Assembly (NCBI GenBank): GCA_025999155.1
Contig: AP026679.1
Span: forward strand, 85,776 to 149,775
Direction: 5' to 3'
DNA: 64,000 nucleotides
Source of the DNA: Candidatus Dojkabacteria bacterium
Lineage (GTDB): Bacteria; Patescibacteriota; Dojkabacteria; JAOAGR01
Shown here: piece after piece, positions 1 through 9,571 of the stretch
How the letters are laid out: each line of letters starts with the position of its first letter
Numbering within the stretch: the stretch's first letter is position 1
The notes under the pieces: generated by a model
The model's input: the letters and a program-made list of their open reading frames with translations, nothing else
Databases searched by the model: none
Told to the model about the DNA's origin: nothing
Program-made: the position numbers and the translations under genes

Positions 1-290
1 AATAATGATGAGACAACTAGTTCTGCTACGAATACAGCGGATACACAACCCCAATTCACATTAAACATATCTTTAGCTTTTTACACTTTGAAGCTTTAAA
101 TTATTAATACCAAGTTTAATTATGTTGGATCACTACGATAATTGAGCTTAATCGATTTTGTTTGTCTGTAAGAGGACTTTACGATGCTTGGCGTATGGAA
201 TTCTACTTATAATAAGATATCTACCCATACAATGCTTTCTTGTGGTGGCAGATTAGCACCGATTTTATGCTTTTGCTAAAATATGAACGT

Positions 291-1391
291 ATGAGTAACG
301 ACTATTACGAAATATTAGGAGTTTCAAGAAATGCTACACAAGAGGAAATTAAAAAAGCATTTCGCAAGAAATTATTAGAATATCATCCGGATCGGAACAA
401 GAGTCCGGATGCAACAGAGAAATTCAAAAAAATCAATGAAGCATATCAAGTATTATCTGATCCGCGTAAGCGTCAATTATATGATAATTATGGCCAAAGC
501 GCCTTTACAAATAATGCAGCTGCTGGTGCAAATTATACGGAACAAATACAATTTGACTTCTCTGATATCTTTGGTGAATCATTTGATTCAATCTTTCAAA
601 ATGTCTTTTTCGATGGTAAAACTCCTTTTGATGAAATTTTTGGGAGAAATAAAACTAGAACAAAGAATAAGGGTCGTGATATTGAATTAAACCTTGATGT
701 TACCTTAGTAGAGGTGATAAAAGGAAGTGAAAGAAACATTGTATACAAAAGGTATGAATCCTGTCCAGTCTGTCATGGCTCGGGAGCATCTAAATTAGAA
801 AAGTGTTCTTACTGTAACGGTAGTGGTCACGTTTCACAGATAAAAAGAACTATTTTTGGTAATGTGCAAGTTATACAAGATTGTCAGAAATGCAACGGTA
901 CAGGACATATCGTCGTCGAAAAATGTCCTCATTGTAAAGGAGAAACACGCATATTAGTTGATCACACATTGAATATAAAAATACCTGCAGGTATAGAAGA
1001 TGGTCTGACTTTGAGATTTAGTGGAGAGGGTGATGTGGCTCGAAACGCCGGAATATATGGTGATTTATATATTAAGTTAAGAGTTTTAGAGGATAAACAC
1101 TTTATCAGGCAAGGTAAAAATCTAATAACTAAAATTACTGTTCCTTTTTATACTTTTATTTTGGGTGGAGAAGTAAGAGTAAATACTTTTGATGGGGAAC
1201 AAATAGTGCATGTCAAAAAACTAACCAAAGTTGACACCGAATTTGTGTTAAAGGGATATGGTATACCCGAGCTATATAATAAGAAGAGGGGCGACATTAT
1301 AGTTAAACTGGTTCCTGAAGTCCCGGACTCAATCTCTCAATTAGAATTAGACTTGTATCAAAGATTAAAGGACATTGATGCAAACAAGTAA
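291..1391 (+). CDS. dnaJ: Molecular chaperone DnaJ. The J-domain starts at M291 of the 240..1391 ORF. Four CxxCxGxG zinc-finger repeats and a C-terminal substrate-binding domain follow.
   Basis: [37 protein letters not shown]-domain with [11 protein letters not shown] / CSYCNGSG / CQKCNGTG / CPHCKGE repeats. Confidence 0.9.
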   Translation: MSNDYYEILGVSRNATQEEIKKAFRKKLLEYHPDRNKSPDATEKFKKINEAYQVLSDPRKRQLYDNYGQSAFTNNAAAGANYTEQIQFDFSDIFGESFDSIFQNVFFDGKTPFDEIFGRNKTRTKNKGRDIELNLDVTLVEVIKGSERNIVYKRYESCPVCHGSGASKLEKCSYCNGSGHVSQIKRTIFGNVQVIQDCQKCNGTGHIVVEKCPHCKGETRILVDHTLNIKIPAGIEDGLTLRFSGEGDVARNAGIYGDLYIKLRVLEDKHFIRQGKNLITKITVPFYTFILGGEVRVNTFDGEQIVHVKKLTKVDTEFVLKGYGIPELYNKKRGDIIVKLVPEVPDSISQLELDLYQRLKDIDANK

Positions 1392-2106
1392 TTATAAACG
1401 TCGACACACAAAAGTCTCTATACGAAGGAATTTCGTTAAATATGTATTAGATATAACGGTGTTATTGCTGATTTCTATAGTTCTGTTCATCTCCTATCGA
1501 CTTATTGTTTATACAAATAATGGAATTATAATTCGTGGTAATAAAAATGTCCTTTCAAGTGAAATACATAAAATAATATACGAAGATATCAAATTTCAAC
1601 CAATGATAAAGATAACAACGGATGAAATAGAAGAAAAACTCACAGAGAGTTTTCCAATTTTCAAAAAAGTGAGGGTAAGTAAGAGCATTATTTATGGTTA
1701 TGTAGTTGACATCAAAGAATTTGAACCTGTCGGCTTGATAATTCTGCAAAATGGAGAGATGTATATGTTGACAGATAATAAAGTTCTCATATTGTTACAA
1801 CAAAAAATTCCAAGATTTCCAGTAGCTGTGTATACCGGTAATCCCTCTGATGAACAATTTATACACAATGCAAATAAGGTTTTTAAATTATATGAATCTT
1901 TAAGCCCCATCATTAGTGGCGATTATACCTTTGATAATTTTGGTAATTTATTTATACTAGTCTCAGATGAAAAAGTAATCAGATTTGATTTAAATGAACG
2001 ATTCTTTAAACTAGATGAACAAGTCAAAATTTTAGAGAGTGTTTTAAACCAAAATATTGACTATAAAGAAATAGATGTTAGGTTTAATTATTTATTGGTT
2101 AAATGA
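1375..2106 (+). CDS. ftsQ: Cell division protein FtsQ/DivIB-like: N-terminal TM helix plus POTRA-like domain. Overlaps the dnaJ 3' end by 17 nt.
   Basis: Single TM ([18 protein letters not shown]) followed by a region of alternating hydrophobic/charged stretches. Sits immediately upstream of ftsA-ftsZ. Ends with TGA. Confidence 0.6.
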   Translation: MMQTSNYKRRHTKVSIRRNFVKYVLDITVLLLISIVLFISYRLIVYTNNGIIIRGNKNVLSSEIHKIIYEDIKFQPMIKITTDEIEEKLTESFPIFKKVRVSKSIIYGYVVDIKEFEPVGLIILQNGEMYMLTDNKVLILLQQKIPRFPVAVYTGNPSDEQFIHNANKVFKLYESLSPIISGDYTFDNFGNLFILVSDEKVIRFDLNERFFKLDEQVKILESVLNQNIDYKEIDVRFNYLLVK

Positions 2107-2118
2107 CAGTTTATTAAC

Positions 2119-3435
2119 ATGGCCAGACAAGTAATAACAGCAATAGATCTAGGATCGTCGAAAATATGCGCGGTAATTGCTGCAATAGACGAAGAAACTC
2201 TTGAACCCAGTGTGATTGGCTCTGGGGTCGCAAATTCGCGAGGAATACGCAAAGGGGTTGTTGTCAATATAGGTGAGGCTGTGAGTGCAATTAATGAAGC
2301 TCTTTTAGCTGCAGAAAAAATGGCTGGACTAACAATCTCACAGGCAATAGTGTCCATAAATGGAAAGAATATATTTTCTAATAACACTCGTGGTATTGTA
2401 GCTGTGACAGGAGATGAAATTACTTATGATGACGTACAAAGGGCGATTGAAAGCGCTAAAACAGTGGCTATACCTCAGCAAATACGGAAAATAGTGCATG
2501 TTATCCCGAGAGAGTACGTTGTTGATTCTCAGGGAGGCATTCGTGAACCTATTGGAATGTCCGGATCAAGATTAGAAGTCGATGCTCATATCATTTCTGC
2601 TTTGACAACAACTGTTCATAATGTGGAAAAAGCATTTCAACAACTAAGTGTAAAGGCAACTCCTGTCTTTGGAGGACTGGCTAGTGCCCAAGGAGTACTG
2701 ACAAAAACGGAAAAAGAATTAGGAGTGATGGTATTGGATATAGGTTACAGTACGACGACGATAACGATTTATCAGGATGATGCTATTACATACAGTGGAT
2801 GTGTGATCTTAGGTGGGCACTCGATCACAAGTGATTTAGCAGTAGGGCTACAAATTCAAAGCGAAGATGCCGAAAAATTGAAAACAAGTATAGGGAAATT
2901 TCTCGGCAATAATCAAAATAGGATTAATTCAATGAATCTAAATGTCCCCTCGTATTTGCGTGCTGATATGCATCAGGCTGACGTCTCAAATGCTGATGAG
3001 GACTTAATAGATATATCAAGTCTTCAAATTCCTAATCTACCTAGACTATCAAGAAGAATGTACGAGGAAATAGTTGGATTTAGGCTTGATGAACTATTTG
3101 AAATAGTATCAGAACAGGTTTCGATGGCAGGATTTTCAGTAAAACAACCGGCGGGAGTCATATTAACGGGCGGAGGTGCTAATTTGTATGGTATCGAGAA
3201 AATCGCATCCAGGTTTTTTGGGACCACATCGCGAGTAGGTTACCCGCAAGGTCTCGGTGGTCCTCTCATCGACGAAATCACGGGGCCTGAATTCGCCTGT
3301 GTACAAGGTCTTATTCTGAGTGGCATGGAGATGTATACTACAAATGGAGTATGGGGTTATGAGAATAACGATGATACACCTAACGTAAACTTTGTAAGTA
3401 AATTTTTTGATATATTTAAAAAATTTATGCCATAA
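2119..3435 (+). CDS. ftsA: Cell division protein FtsA (actin-like ATPase).
   Basis: N-terminal AIDLGSSKICAVIA phosphate-1 motif. 438 aa. Upstream of ftsZ. Confidence 0.9.
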   Translation: MARQVITAIDLGSSKICAVIAAIDEETLEPSVIGSGVANSRGIRKGVVVNIGEAVSAINEALLAAEKMAGLTISQAIVSINGKNIFSNNTRGIVAVTGDEITYDDVQRAIESAKTVAIPQQIRKIVHVIPREYVVDSQGGIREPIGMSGSRLEVDAHIISALTTTVHNVEKAFQQLSVKATPVFGGLASAQGVLTKTEKELGVMVLDIGYSTTTITIYQDDAITYSGCVILGGHSITSDLAVGLQIQSEDAEKLKTSIGKFLGNNQNRINSMNLNVPSYLRADMHQADVSNADEDLIDISSLQIPNLPRLSRRMYEEIVGFRLDELFEIVSEQVSMAGFSVKQPAGVILTGGGANLYGIEKIASRFFGTTSRVGYPQGLGGPLIDEITGPEFACVQGLILSGMEMYTTNGVWGYENNDDTPNVNFVSKFFDIFKKFMP

Positions 3436-3437
3436 CT

Positions 3438-4595
3438 ATGTTGATAAAACCACAAAACCAAAATCTAAGCGCACGAATTATAATATGTGGCGTAGGCGGC
3501 GCAGGCTGCAATGCTGTAAACTCCATGATTCAATCTGGCGAGATCCAGGGAGTTGAATTTATTGCGGTGAATACCGATGCACAGGTTTTAGAGCGTTCGT
3601 TAGCGTCGATAACGGTTACTATAGGAGGAGAATTGACAAAGGGACTCGGTGCTGGCGGCAATCCACAAATAGGTAAACAAGCAGCAGAAGATAGTGTAGA
3701 TCAATTAAACGAGCTTCTTGCTGGTGCAGATATGGTGTTTGTGACTGCAGGTATGGGTGGTGGTACAGGTACAGGGGCAGCTCCGGTGATTGCAGGAATA
3801 GCAAAGGGTCTTGGTGCTCTAACGGTAGGAGTTGTTACCAAACCGTTTGCTTTTGAGGGTCCGCGCAAAATGGAATTCGCATTAAAGGGGATTGAGGAAC
3901 TAAGAAGTAAAGTAGATGCTCTAATAGTAATTCCTAATCAAAAAATATTAGATATTGTTGATCGTAGTGTGAGCTTTGCTGAGGCAATGCAGAAATCGGA
4001 TGAAGTACTGAAAAATGCAATCAAAAGTATATCCGATATTATAACCCAAACAGGACAAATTAACGTTGACTTTGCTGATGTTAAGGCTATAATGCAGAAT
4101 GCTGGTACTGCCCTTATGGGTATTGGAGAATCTAGCAATCCTGACACAAGAGCAATCGATGCTGCTAGAGCAGCAATTCAATCACCATTACTAGACTATA
4201 GTATTGAAGGAGCGAAAGGTGTATTGATAACTATTCGAGGATCGTATAACTTATCAATGGTAGAAGTATCGGAGGCTGTAGAAGTTGTCAAACAGTATGT
4301 TGATCCCCACGCTCAAATCAAAATGGGTGTTATTATCGAAGATAAGATTAATGATAAAGATAAGGATAAGATTAGTGTGACTGTTTTAGCAACAGGTTTC
4401 CCTCATGAACCGAGATCTCAGGTTCTATTTTCTGCGCATGCTGCAGAGTCTGATAAATCCACATCTCAAAAAGATAATCAATCTCCCGTCTCCAATGAAA
4501 ATTATCATGGTGTAACGTCGCCACTAAAAGGTCCTGACGAAGATGACACATACCTTGATACTCCGGCTTTCATGAGACGTAGACAAAGTCTGTAG
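3438..4595 (+). CDS. ftsZ: Cell division GTPase FtsZ.
   Basis: Tubulin signature GGGTGTGAAPVIA. N-terminal GVGGAGCNAVN. Acidic/variable C-terminal tail ending in a conserved C-terminal peptide. Confidence 0.95.
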   Translation: MLIKPQNQNLSARIIICGVGGAGCNAVNSMIQSGEIQGVEFIAVNTDAQVLERSLASITVTIGGELTKGLGAGGNPQIGKQAAEDSVDQLNELLAGADMVFVTAGMGGGTGTGAAPVIAGIAKGLGALTVGVVTKPFAFEGPRKMEFALKGIEELRSKVDALIVIPNQKILDIVDRSVSFAEAMQKSDEVLKNAIKSISDIITQTGQINVDFADVKAIMQNAGTALMGIGESSNPDTRAIDAARAAIQSPLLDYSIEGAKGVLITIRGSYNLSMVEVSEAVEVVKQYVDPHAQIKMGVIIEDKINDKDKDKISVTVLATGFPHEPRSQVLFSAHAAESDKSTSQKDNQSPVSNENYHGVTSPLKGPDEDDTYLDTPAFMRRRQSL

Positions 4596-4598
4596 GCT

Positions 4599-5303
4599 AT
4601 GAATGATATTTCTGAATTATTAACAAGCCTAGGAATTAAAACACAGAATCTTGAATTATATAGATTAGCGCTTACGCATCGTTCTGCAAGTAAGCATCAT
4701 AATGAAAGGTTGGAATTTTTGGGAGATGCTGTTTTAGAGCTGATTATTACCGAAAAGTTATTCACAGATTATGCAAATGAGAAAGAGGGTAATCTCACTA
4801 GTTTTCGATCCGCTATCGTTAAAGCAGAAAGTTTAGCGCAAGAAGCGCTGAGACTAGAACTTGGTCGATATATTCGGATGTCGTATGGAGAAGAAGCTAC
4901 AGGAGGACGTTCTCGTCTGTATATTCTAGCCAACACATTTGAAGCTTTGATTGGAGCAATGTATCTAGACCAGGGATATGAAGCTACTAAAGAATTTGTG
5001 GTTCGAAATTTATACTATAAGATAAGAGAGGTCGTAGATAATCGTCTTGATATAGATGCTAAATCCAAACTTCAAGAGATGATTCAGGAAAAATATAAGA
5101 TTACTCCATACTACATTGTCGTTCAAGAAGAAGGTCCTGATCACGACAAGACATTCACGGTGGTAACCATGATAGGGGATAAAACATACGCAAAAGGTAG
5201 TGGGAAATCGAAACAAACTGCAGAACAAAACGCAGCAAGAAACACTTTGATTCAATTAGGTTATATTGAAGACAACGTGGACAAAACAGGCAAATCTGAA
5301 TAA
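4599..5303 (+). CDS. rnc: Ribonuclease III.
   Basis: RNase III signature ERLEFLGDAVLELIITEKLF. C-terminal dsRBD (KSKLQEMIQEKY...GSGKSKQTAEQNAARNTL). Confidence 0.9.
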   Translation: MNDISELLTSLGIKTQNLELYRLALTHRSASKHHNERLEFLGDAVLELIITEKLFTDYANEKEGNLTSFRSAIVKAESLAQEALRLELGRYIRMSYGEEATGGRSRLYILANTFEALIGAMYLDQGYEATKEFVVRNLYYKIREVVDNRLDIDAKSKLQEMIQEKYKITPYYIVVQEEGPDHDKTFTVVTMIGDKTYAKGSGKSKQTAEQNAARNTLIQLGYIEDNVDKTGKSE

Positions 5304-5448
5304 TGTATTCAAAAAACTACTTGTCCTAGTACTTGTGCTTGTTTTTAGTTTCGCATACAAAAACCCTATCATATACATTCATCATTTTGAGAACAGTGGC
5401 TAGCAGACAGTGGAGAACATCAACATATAGAACAGTAAGATACAGAAA

Positions 5449-5524
5449 TGGTGAGGCGTATTGGGCTCGAACCAATGACACGCGGCTTAAAAGGCCGCTG
5501 CTCTACCAACTGAGCTAACGCCCC
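5449..5524 (-). tRNA. tRNA-Lys, anticodon TTT.
   Basis: Reverse complement GGGGCGTTAGCTCAGTTGGTAGAGCAGCGGCCTTTTAAGCCGCGTGTCATTGGTTCGAGCCCAATACGCCTCACCA. 7-bp acceptor stem with G2-U71, GTTCGAGCC T-loop, anticodon loop CTTTTAA, encoded CCA. Confidence 0.9.
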
Positions 5525-5631
5525 ACACAGAACCGTGCCATATCATACACAGAAATTAGCATATTTGCAACATGTGGGGACATATGTAATTATTTGAATA
5601 TTGGGTGCATATTGTAATATATACACAGACT

Positions 5632-6030
5632 ATGTTTGATAGTAATAACGCTAAGATTGGCAAGAACATCCAAAAAATTCGACAAAAAAAAGGATTGACG
5701 CAAGCAGAACTTGCAAAAAAACTTGGCCTTGTTCGTCCCACATTAAGCCTCTACGAGTCAGGAAAATTAAACTTTTCTATCGATTTTTTAGTTTTAATAG
5801 CAAAAACCTTAGAAGTGCAATTTTTAGATATACTTCCAGATCAATTAAAACAACAATCCAAACAAACGGATGTCCAACATATAAGTTATGATTTAGACAG
5901 TGATATTGAATTCACATTGCAATTGAGCTTGAAGCAATATTTATTACGACATAAAGTAGAAAAAACATCAATTGAGACTATCATCTCTGAAATATTAACC
6001 TTTATAGACAAACGACTACAGAGACAATAA
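5632..6030 (+). CDS. XRE-family helix-turn-helix transcriptional regulator. Start moved to the second ATG of the 5605 ORF. C-terminal about 70 aa have no recognisable domain.
   Basis: NAKIGKNIQKIRQKKGLTQAELAKKLGLVRPTLSLYESGK is a Cro/C1-type HTH. Confidence 0.7.
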   Translation: MFDSNNAKIGKNIQKIRQKKGLTQAELAKKLGLVRPTLSLYESGKLNFSIDFLVLIAKTLEVQFLDILPDQLKQQSKQTDVQHISYDLDSDIEFTLQLSLKQYLLRHKVEKTSIETIISEILTFIDKRLQRQ

Positions 6031-6077
6031 ATACATATTGACAAATCAATTTATAAATTTTACCCTTTCGAAAGTTT

Positions 6078-6509
6078 GTGATGAAAACTAATAACACAAA
6101 AAATACCGACGGAGACGAGGATCTGCTCACAGAGCAAGATGATCATTTGAGTTCAGCGGTACATGGTATTGAAACAGATAATTTTGATACAACATTCTTA
6201 GATAGCAATACTGAAGAATTACCAATCGAACAATTACTGAAGGAACCCTTACAAGACGATCTAGAATCAGATACAGAGGAAGAATATGCTGCTTGGTGCC
6301 CAGTATGTAACGACTATACGATATTTGTGGATGGGACATGTACTGGTTGCGGTTTCACTAAAAATACACGTAAAGAACAGAATCAAGATGAGGAAAACGA
6401 AGGAGATGAAGGACTCTTTGACACTTTTGCTCCCCATCAGGGTGAAGGGATCGTGGATTTAGATCTATATAATTATAATGATGACTTTTACACTGAAGAT
6501 GGTGAATGA
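6078..6509 (+). CDS. Hyper-acidic small protein with a single CxxC-x15-CxxC zinc ribbon. Function unknown.
   Basis: 143 aa, roughly a third D/E. CPVCNDYTIFVDGTCTGCGF ribbon flanked by acidic low-complexity tails. No recognisable enzymatic motif. Confidence 0.55.
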   Translation: MMKTNNTKNTDGDEDLLTEQDDHLSSAVHGIETDNFDTTFLDSNTEELPIEQLLKEPLQDDLESDTEEEYAAWCPVCNDYTIFVDGTCTGCGFTKNTRKEQNQDEENEGDEGLFDTFAPHQGEGIVDLDLYNYNDDFYTEDGE

Positions 6510-6594
6510 ATCGAGTAGTTAGTTAACTTATTGTATTTTTTGTAATATAATTACATAAATGTAAGATGGCAATTGCAGGCTTATAATTGCGGAA

Positions 6595-6670
6595 GGTCGC
6601 GTAGCTCAATGGATAGAGCAACTCCCTTCTAAGGAGTAGGTTAAAGGTTCGAGTCCTTTCGCGATCGCCA
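6595..6670 (+). tRNA. tRNA-Arg, anticodon TCT.
   Basis: GGTCGCGTAGCTCAATGGATAGAGCAACTCCCTTCTAAGGAGTAGGTTAAAGGTTCGAGTCCTTTCGCGATCGCCA. Acceptor 7 bp with G2-U71, anticodon loop CTTCTAA, encoded CCA. Confidence 0.85.
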
Positions 6671-6716
6671 TTGATTGTTGTTATTATATAAAAATAAATA
6701 GGGTAAAAGTCTTACT

Positions 6717-7073
6717 ATGAAAACGAATATTCATCCAGATTATAATAAGAAAGTCAAATATGTATGTGCCTCTTGTGGTAGTGAGTTTGTTTTAGGATCT
6801 ACATTATCACAAAGTGAAGTTGTAGTACCAGTGTGCAAAAACTGTCACCCTGCTTATACGGGGCAGCAACAAATTATTATCGATACAGCAAACAAGATTC
6901 GTGCTTTTCAGAAAAGACAAGCAAAGACAGAACAGTTAAAAAGAAGAATGCAGGAAATAGAAGAAGCACGTCAAGCAAGGGAGAAATCTCGGGTCGGTGT
7001 GATTGCCTCAAAATCACAACAGACGACCCTTAAAGATTTGCTATTGAAAAAAAACATAAAGTCAGTGAGTTAG
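6717..7073 (+). CDS. rpmE: 50S ribosomal protein L31 (zinc-ribbon type) with a basic C-terminal extension.
   Basis: MKTNIHPDYNKKVKYVCASCGSEF...VCKNCHPAYTG. Confidence 0.85.
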   Translation: MKTNIHPDYNKKVKYVCASCGSEFVLGSTLSQSEVVVPVCKNCHPAYTGQQQIIIDTANKIRAFQKRQAKTEQLKRRMQEIEEARQAREKSRVGVIASKSQQTTLKDLLLKKNIKSVS

Positions 7074-7134
7074 TTTCCTATTCTATAAAAGTGGAGGCTC
7101 CTTTGCTGGGTATCTTATTTCTTGTTTACCTGCT

Positions 7135-8205
7135 GTGGCAATGATGGAAATAAACGCGATAAAACAAGAGTTACTGGATATAAGCACAAAAATTGAAGAT
7201 GCACAGCGTACTGGATCAGGACAATTAGCGACACTATTCGCTCGACAAGCAGAATTACAAGAAATACTGGATTTGTATAATGATATTACGATTTTAAACC
7301 AAAAATTGGAACAAGCTAAATCTCTTATTCTCTCAGAAGATATGGAGATAGTAGAATTAGCGCAGGAAGAAGTTAGAAATATTGAGATTCAACTCAGTCA
7401 GAAAAAACAACAACTCGCAATTAAACTTATTCCTTCAGATCCCAACGATAGTAAAAACGTCATAATCGAGATCAGAGCTGCTACTGGCGGAGAAGAGGCA
7501 TCTTTATTTGCAAGGGACTTATTCCGAATGTATACCAGATATGCAAATACTAAAAACTGGGCAATTCAAGTTTATTCAGTATTTGAATCAGAAATCAAAG
7601 GTATAAAAGAGGTAATTTTTAAAATTTCAGGAAGAGAAGTGTACAAACATCTAAAATATGAATCTGGAGTGCATAGAGTTCAAAGAGTACCAATTACCGA
7701 GCGTTCAGGCCGCATTCATACTTCAGCAGCAAGCGTAGTTGTCATACCAGCAATTGATAATATTAATATAGAAATAGAGCCAAAAGATATTCGTATTGAC
7801 GTATTTAGATCACGTGGACCCGGAGGTCAGAGTGTCAACACCACCGATTCTGCGGTTCGCATCACGCATCTGCCTTCTGGCATTATAGTTACATGTCAGG
7901 ACACAAAGGACCAACAAAAAAACAAAGCGTCAGCGCTGTCAGTTTTAAAATCTAAATTATATCAGTTAGAGTTGGGAAAAAGACAGGCCTCACTTACACA
8001 AATACGAAGGAATAGCATCAAGACAGGAGATAGATCTGACAAGATCAAGACTTATAATTTCCCTCAAGATAGATTAACAGACCATCGCATACATAAAAGT
8101 TGGTATGGATTGGATAAAATATTAGATGGAGAAATCGATCAAATTATAGAAGAAACAACAATTCTCTTTCATACAGAAAATCAAAATAGAACAGAATTCG
8201 CTTAA
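7135..8205 (+). CDS. prfA: Peptide chain release factor 1.
   Basis: GGQ motif (RSRGPGGQSVNTTDSAVRITHLPSG). RF1-type codon-recognition region RVQRVPITERSGRIHTSAASV (PxT class, not SPF). Confidence 0.9.
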   Translation: MAMMEINAIKQELLDISTKIEDAQRTGSGQLATLFARQAELQEILDLYNDITILNQKLEQAKSLILSEDMEIVELAQEEVRNIEIQLSQKKQQLAIKLIPSDPNDSKNVIIEIRAATGGEEASLFARDLFRMYTRYANTKNWAIQVYSVFESEIKGIKEVIFKISGREVYKHLKYESGVHRVQRVPITERSGRIHTSAASVVVIPAIDNINIEIEPKDIRIDVFRSRGPGGQSVNTTDSAVRITHLPSGIIVTCQDTKDQQKNKASALSVLKSKLYQLELGKRQASLTQIRRNSIKTGDRSDKIKTYNFPQDRLTDHRIHKSWYGLDKILDGEIDQIIEETTILFHTENQNRTEFA

Positions 8206-8240
8206 TCTAGTATATAAAAGAAAAAACTTAAAATAGAAAA

Positions 8241-8260
8241 CTCCTCGATTTCTCGAGGAG
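8241..8260. terminator. Bidirectional intrinsic terminator hairpin between the convergent prfA and hup genes.
   Basis: Perfect inverted repeat CTCCTCGA-tttc-TCGAGGAG with an A-rich run upstream and a T-rich run downstream. Confidence 0.6.
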
Positions 8261-8303
8261 CTTTACTATCAATTGACATGCGATTCTGTCGCATCTACGT
8301 ACA

Positions 8304-8585
8304 CTACTTGGCTTTTGACACCAAATCCTTCAGAGTCTTACCTGCTTTGAATGCAGGTATAATGGACTCGGGCAAGTCTATTTTCTCTAGGGTCTGTGGA
8401 TTCACACCCTTTCTTGCCCTTCTTTTACGTACAACAAAAGAACCGAACCCGGTAATTAACACTTTGTCACCAGCAGCAAGAGCTTTAGAAATGGTATTAA
8501 ACACTGCATTTACGACCTCTTCTGCGGCTTTAAGTGTAAGTCCGGTCTGAGACTGGACTTTGCGTACTAAGTCTGATTTTAGCAT
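8304..8585 (-). CDS. hup: DNA-binding protein HU. Start set at the internal Met preceded by AAAGGAGGTGA.
   Basis: MLKSDLVRKVQSQTGLTLKAAEEVVNAVFNTISKALAAGDKVLITGFGSFVVRKR...NPQT. Strong RBS (gaaaggaggtgagtagaATG on minus) immediately upstream. Confidence 0.9.
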   Translation of the reverse strand: MLKSDLVRKVQSQTGLTLKAAEEVVNAVFNTISKALAAGDKVLITGFGSFVVRKRRARKGVNPQTLEKIDLPESIIPAFKAGKTLKDLVSKAK

Positions 8586-8716
8586 TCTACTCACCTCCTT
8601 TCTTTTTAGGATACTAAATATTAGATAAATTCTTACTTTTATGCAATATATAGATATAAATTCCTCAAGGCTTATAAACATTTAAATTCGTATAATCAAA
8701 ATAATATAATCAGATA

Positions 8717-9058
8717 ATGCTTACCAAACAAAAAGGCAAACAAGGAGAAAAAATTGCTATAGACTACCTTCTCAAGAGAGGTCATCTCCTTCTGGCCAAA
8801 AATTTCCGATCACAGTTTGGTGAAATAGATATCATCACCACTTATCAGGGCAACATCTATATATATGAAGTAAAACTACGCAAAACTATGAGATATGGGT
8901 TTGGAGATCTAGCAATTAATGAATCTAAAATACAAAAGATTATCAATACGTTCGAAAGATGGATTGAGCGAAATGTCCATTATACAAACTATCCTAAATA
9001 TATAAATGCCCTAATAATTGATCCTGATGGCGGAATTAACGAATTTGAAATCAGATAA
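8717..9058 (+). CDS. yraN: YraN-family (UPF0102) endonuclease.
   Basis: GEKIAIDYLLKRGHLLLAKNFRSQFGEIDII...IYIYEVKLRK, a PD-(D/E)xK-like pattern typical of YraN. Confidence 0.7.
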   Translation: MLTKQKGKQGEKIAIDYLLKRGHLLLAKNFRSQFGEIDIITTYQGNIYIYEVKLRKTMRYGFGDLAINESKIQKIINTFERWIERNVHYTNYPKYINALIIDPDGGINEFEIR

Positions 9059-9109
9059 TTAAAATCCTAATATAGAAAGATCTTGTAATTTTGAGAGAAT
9101 TCGAAAATC

Positions 9110-9571
9110 ATGGAAAGAGAAAACTTACACAATAGTTTTAGGAATATAATAGACGAAGCCAAATTAGTCTTTCCCGGAACTCAAACATTATTCGGCTTTC
9201 AATTAGTGGTAGTATTTTCTGAATACTTTCAAAAAAATCTCACTGAAACAGATAAACTAATACATTTATTTGCTATATTTTTAACTATCGTTGCGTTTGC
9301 GATGATTCTAATGGTTGCGGCATATCATAGACATATCCATTATTCTCTTATCACCAAAGATCTCGTTCTTCTCGCTAATAAACTACTCAAACTAGGGATG
9401 ATACCTCTAGCTTTAGCTGTGTCTGCAGAATTTTATTTATTGAGTTATACTATTTTACAAAATCGAGTCACTGCCCTTTTTGCGGGAATAATCTGTTTGG
9501 GGACATTATGGTTTATGTGGTTTTTCTTGCCAAAGAGAAGACTTCAAGAGACTTTGTCGAAAAATCCCTGA
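9110..9571 (+). CDS. Hypothetical integral membrane protein (3-4 TM helices).
   Basis: Hydrophobic segments LFGFQLVVVF, IFLTIVAFAMILMVAAY, LGMIPLALAVSAEFYLL, LFAGIICLGTLWFMWFFL. No motif recognised. 3' end overlaps the convergent gene by 66 nt. Confidence 0.45.
   Translation: MERENLHNSFRNIIDEAKLVFPGTQTLFGFQLVVVFSEYFQKNLTETDKLIHLFAIFLTIVAFAMILMVAAYHRHIHYSLITKDLVLLANKLLKLGMIPLALAVSAEFYLLSYTILQNRVTALFAGIICLGTLWFMWFFLPKRRLQETLSKNP

Noticed and set aside
409-690. 93-aa ORF inside dnaJ in another frame, and the many 60-165-aa antisense or alternate-frame ORFs inside rpoB, rpoC, ileS, copA and the giant surface gene (e.g. 19701-20174, 21513-22010, 23205-23552, 37327-37710, 53068-53480).
   Set aside because: They are fully embedded in long, motif-rich genes and have no independent signals (no RBS, low-complexity translations). 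They are typical shadow ORFs, especially in the more GC-rich giant gene.
7135-8205. Possibility of a UGA-recoded (code 25/4) lineage, given the CPR-like appearance.
   Set aside because: TGA clearly terminates ftsQ (2104-2106) and nusA (44212-44214), and conserved proteins end at TGA. RF1 is present and nothing suggests UGA-sense.
9506-9571. 66-nt convergent overlap of the membrane-protein ORF and the SpoU methyltransferase as evidence of an antisense regulatory arrangement.
   Set aside because: This is more likely a slightly over-extended 3' end call of the hypothetical membrane ORF. No supporting structure seen.
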